The position numbers were made by a program, and so were the translations under genes. The notes below the pieces were generated by a model that saw nothing but the letters and a program-made list of their open reading frames with translations, was not told the DNA's origin and ran no database searches. Shown here piece after piece: positions 60,301 to 64,000 of a DNA stretch of 64,000 bases (position 1 is the first letter of the stretch; each line of letters starts with the position of its first letter). The stretch is from Azolla caroliniana (Eukaryota; Plantae; Polypodiophyta): contig JBHGNT010000001.1 in NCBI GenBank assembly GCA_043228905.1, forward strand, positions 6,696,001-6,760,000. Direction: 5' to 3'.

Positions 60301-63300
60301 TGGATGTTTTGATTGGAGTAAACGCTTATATTGGGAACAAGAGTGTATGATTTTTTATGTACAGGATGATGGCAGGTTAATCTTCACACCTGAGGAAACT
60401 AATTTGTTTAGTTTTTGTGTGCATAAAGAAGTGAGGGTGACTGCAAATGAATTGGATCAAATTGGGTCTTAGATCCGAATCCACAAAGTGTGAATTCTTT
60501 TTGGAGGATTTGGATTATAGAAAGGAGACCAATATCTAGATTATCTTGGGATCTTGGAGAACTGTATTGAAGGTGTGGGTTCAAGATTAGATAAAATAAG
60601 TGCCTTTTTTTCAATATTCTATAAAGATTGGTAAGAAAAATTAGGTGCTAGATCATGGAAAGAACCAACTCTTTTGGAGACGAAATGGACTTTCTCCACA
60701 ACACCTCAAACAATTTTGGAAATGGTTGTGGGGTATAAAAATAAGTAGAAAAATTGTTGGTTCATAAAGCTATCTATACCAGTTAATGGGTGGCAAAAAG
60801 GGAATGTAGACAAGATGTGTCCTTTCTTTACGGATCTAGTAGAGATTGCTAAACATTGTTTGTGGAGTTGGGGTTTTGCTATTGCCATATGGAAACGAAT
60901 CATAACATTATTAATACCAGTATATCCTCAAGCAGTGTATACATGAGGAGTGGTATTATGGGCAATGGTACAAGATAAACCTATGGTATATGAACAAGAG
61001 GAGGTTGTAGATGCTATAGTGATGACACATGGTTTGATGGAAAAAAAATTCATACCTTTGAATCCACAAATAGAGACTGATATGGCAATTGGTAAGTAAT
61101 ATTAGAATTTGGTATATTTGGGAGGCCCGATGTTTGAAGGTATTTCAAATGTGACCAAAAGACATGTCCAAATAATTTCTAGGATTTGGACAGAGATTGA
61201 CCATAATCTCAGAGGTTTGTTGGATCATATAAATGGTAATACGCACCAAGTGGAGCTTAAGAAATTGGAGTTTCATGCTATTTGGGACATAGGTATATTT
61301 TATAGACAGCTTTCTGATAAGTTGGAGTGGTTTTACTCTGCACCAAAGTAATTATTTAAGCCGATGGTTAGAATTTAGGAAAAAACGGGGATCTGTGGTA
61401 TATCTTGTATGTATAGCCTTATGACGTTTTCTGATACTAATGTAGTGTCTTTTATTGAAAAAAAAAACATATGTACATACTGCAGCCCATTATCAGATAC
61501 ATTCAAAAAACTAAATGAAAAGAAGTTTTGCCAAAATGTCTCTCCAAAATGCAAATATAGATTATAAAGCAGCTTTTTGGCTAAGAAGCAAAATTGCTTC
61601 TTGATTAAGTACTGTTTTCGAAAACGAAAAAACCAGCTATATAAAATTTAAAAAAAACTAGGACTCTAAATAGAGGCTTCTACATCCTCCTTTAGGATAA
61701 TCTCTTGTTTTGATCATCTCATCATGAAGAGAGAGGGAACACATCCTGTGTTTTCTGCTTTTTAGAGAGAAATTGTTGCATCAATTTCAATATAGTTCAA
61801 AGTTCAAACCTTGTACAAATTTCCTGTCCCTTTTTTCCCGTTTCAGTTTGTGTTTCAATTTTTCTTAAAATTTTTGTTTTACTTAAATAGTTCTAACTAT
61901 TTGTCCCATTCTGCAACATCCTGGCACAGTACAGGATAATTTCGTGACATGATACCATGTACATATGTGGTTTTTTGCTTATCCTGTTTTTGTTGTTCAC
62001 AATAATTTAGCATTTTATATAAATAGTCCAGGATAATTAAGTGACATGACATGAACATGCTCATAGTGCACTAATCTCGTAATATGAAAATCCTTAAAGA
62101 CCTTCGATATTAGCCTTACTAAATGCTTCCTGTATTGAATTCGGTTTGGATCTAAAGATCAGATGCACGTAGAAATTGCGTGACAAGTTATTTCAGCTTT
62201 TAATGAAATCCTTTAGAAATAAGATGAAAATTTTGTTCTGCATTACGTACATCGACATTATGTAGAAGAATAGAGATGAATCATTTATTAATTAAAGTTT
62301 ACATACCAGTAGGTAATAGTGCCATTTCTTGGATCTGTAATAGATCCATCGCAAAGGAACCATGACTATGAAAAAAAGGCAATAGAGAGAGGGAATGTCT
62401 TGAGGCCCTGTAGGTGGAGGCTGTGTTAGAATACTGAAATTTTCCAAGGAATAAATACATACTATAACAGACTAGATAATTGCTTACTAGATCCAAGCAG
62501 GAAACAGAACATTCCAAAGCTCAACACTCCAAGAGAATACATCATCTAAAAATCATCAGGCAAAACTAGTGAGCTGACGAGAATAGTTTTTCAAGAAGTA
62601 TAACTAAAAGACAATTACAATAAGCATACGTTTCAGTTTATTTTAGAGCTTTGAAAAGAAAATATCCAGAGCTTGACACTCTAAGATTATCTAAAACCAA
62701 CAGGTGCATCATGAGCAAACGAATAATGTTCTTAAGAAATTGTGCAGAAATCCAGCCAAACTGGCAAGTTTATCTAGATAATAGATTAAAAAGCACTAAA
62801 CTTTTAGACCATCTTAAACAATGCAGACAACACACAGAATACGAATACTAGAGAAATTCAGAGTATTTACCTTGTTAATGAATTGTTCATGTTCATCTGC
62901 TTGCTTCACCATTCTAGCAGCATGCTTTTCAAGAACCTTCTTCGTCTCCAGCAGCACAACCTGTCAGAAACGTTTAATGAAAAGGTGTTTATTATAACGC
63001 AACAGGAGTGAAAGGTACTAGAGCAAATACATGTAGAGAAGTAACAAAGGATTTTGCAAGAAGCTAATGAGTGAAAAAAGAAAATTGCAAGAAGGCTAAT
63101 GCGTAAGAAATAGAAATGGAAAAGGAATGCTAATATAGAAGAAAGAAATTTGGAAGAAATCTAATAGATGAAGAAGAATAATGCAAAGAAGGTTAATACT
63201 GAAGAAATAAAATAGAAAGACTATAATACTGAAGAGAGGAATTTGCAAGGAAGATAAATTCAATGAAGAAAGGTATATTTCTTAAGAAAGATAATTTGCA

Positions 63301-63626
63301 AACAAACCAAGAATGGGAGAAAGAAATTGCAAGAAAGTCCACAACAGAAGAACGAGAAGAAAGTTAATGATATAGGAAAAGAAATTACAAGGAAGCTAAT
63401 AATAAAGAAAGAAAATTTGAACGAAATAATACAATTTGTTCTTCACAACTTTGGAGTTCAAAATGGATTTCACTTCATATTCCGGGCCTTCATCAAGCTA
63501 ATACGAAAGAAAATCTCAAGAAAGAATATTTGAAAGAAAGAGGATAGTATTGAAGAAAGTTGTTAGATATCTTACTTTTGGAGGGTGTCTCAGATGTATA
63601 TGTTCAGATCCATATCTTGGCGCCAT
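57336..63626 (-). CDS. GPC1: Glycerophosphocholine acyltransferase (375 aa, 8 exons)
   Basis: Exons 63626-63576, 62960-62871, 62545-62488, 62407-62307, 59180-59085, 59005-58912, 58310-58073, 57735-57336, phases consistent. Motifs [32 protein letters not shown] and [14 protein letters not shown]. Confidence 0.92.
60175..61464 (+). mobile_element. 5'-truncated L1-type LINE in GPCAT intron 4
   Basis: Duplication AAACATATGTAC (60163-60174, 61465-61476), poly(A) tail, and decayed Trp-rich zf-RVT-like coding traces. Confidence 0.75.
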
Positions 63627-63669
63627 GCGTTAACAGATCTGATTTGAGAGTCCGAGAGAAGTAATTCTG

Positions 63670-63960
63670 ATCCAGAAAAGAGAGCAATGGCGTGTTCTGT
63701 TGTTGACAGAAGAAGAAGAAGAAGAAGAAGAAGAAGAAGAAGAAGACGATCACAGGAATAAATCTGATCCAGGAAAGGGAACAATGGCGAGCTTTGTTGT
63801 TGACAGAAGAAGATTATCAGAGAGAAGTAAATCTAATTCAAGGAGAGGAAGCAATGGCGAGGTTTGTTACTGACAGGAGAAGAAGATGTAGATGGAGAGA
63901 AAGCAATGGCGAGCTTCGATGTTCAAGAAGAAGAAGAAGAAGAAGAAGAAGAAAAAGAAG
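63670..63960. repeat. Degenerate repeats with GAA tracts upstream of the GPCAT start codon
   Basis: CAATGGCG...TG(A)CAGAAGAAG-type unit at about 63685, 63782, 63852 and 63904. Confidence 0.65.
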
Positions 63961-64000
63961 TAGGTGACTTTTTCGAAGGCGAGAGAGAGAAAGAGCCGAA

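Noticed and set aside
32224-63626. Functional gene cluster (lipase, GPCAT, peroxiredoxin, bHLH)
   Set aside because: Two lipid enzymes nearby is weak evidence; no shared pathway or co-regulation is visible in the sequence.

Overview
Eukaryotic land-plant nuclear DNA, probably a fern or other non-seed plant (inferred from TE lineages and gene style). The first ~31.8 kb is a nested retrotransposon pile. A decayed L1-type LINE hosts a Ty3 element with a tRNA-Trp primer site (A, 1-3592, cut by the window edge) and a full-length chromovirus (B, 4098-16455). B itself carries an RTE-like LINE in one LTR, a very young Gag-only LTR element (C, 9659-12874) in its RT, and an LTR-like fragment (D, 15348-15870) in its gag. 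Copia, L1 and RTE remnants follow. The rest holds four intact spliced genes in two convergent pairs: mitochondrial peroxiredoxin IIF / acid triacylglycerol lipase, and an LRL-type bHLH / glycerophosphocholine acyltransferase. Most notable: the LTRs of three otherwise dissimilar elements (B, C, D) each carry a tRNA-like A-box/B-box cassette with canonical spacing in U3, always antisense to the element and pointing outward. Element B also shows a Tf1-type self-priming structure instead of a tRNA primer site. All alignments were done by eye; no searches were run.
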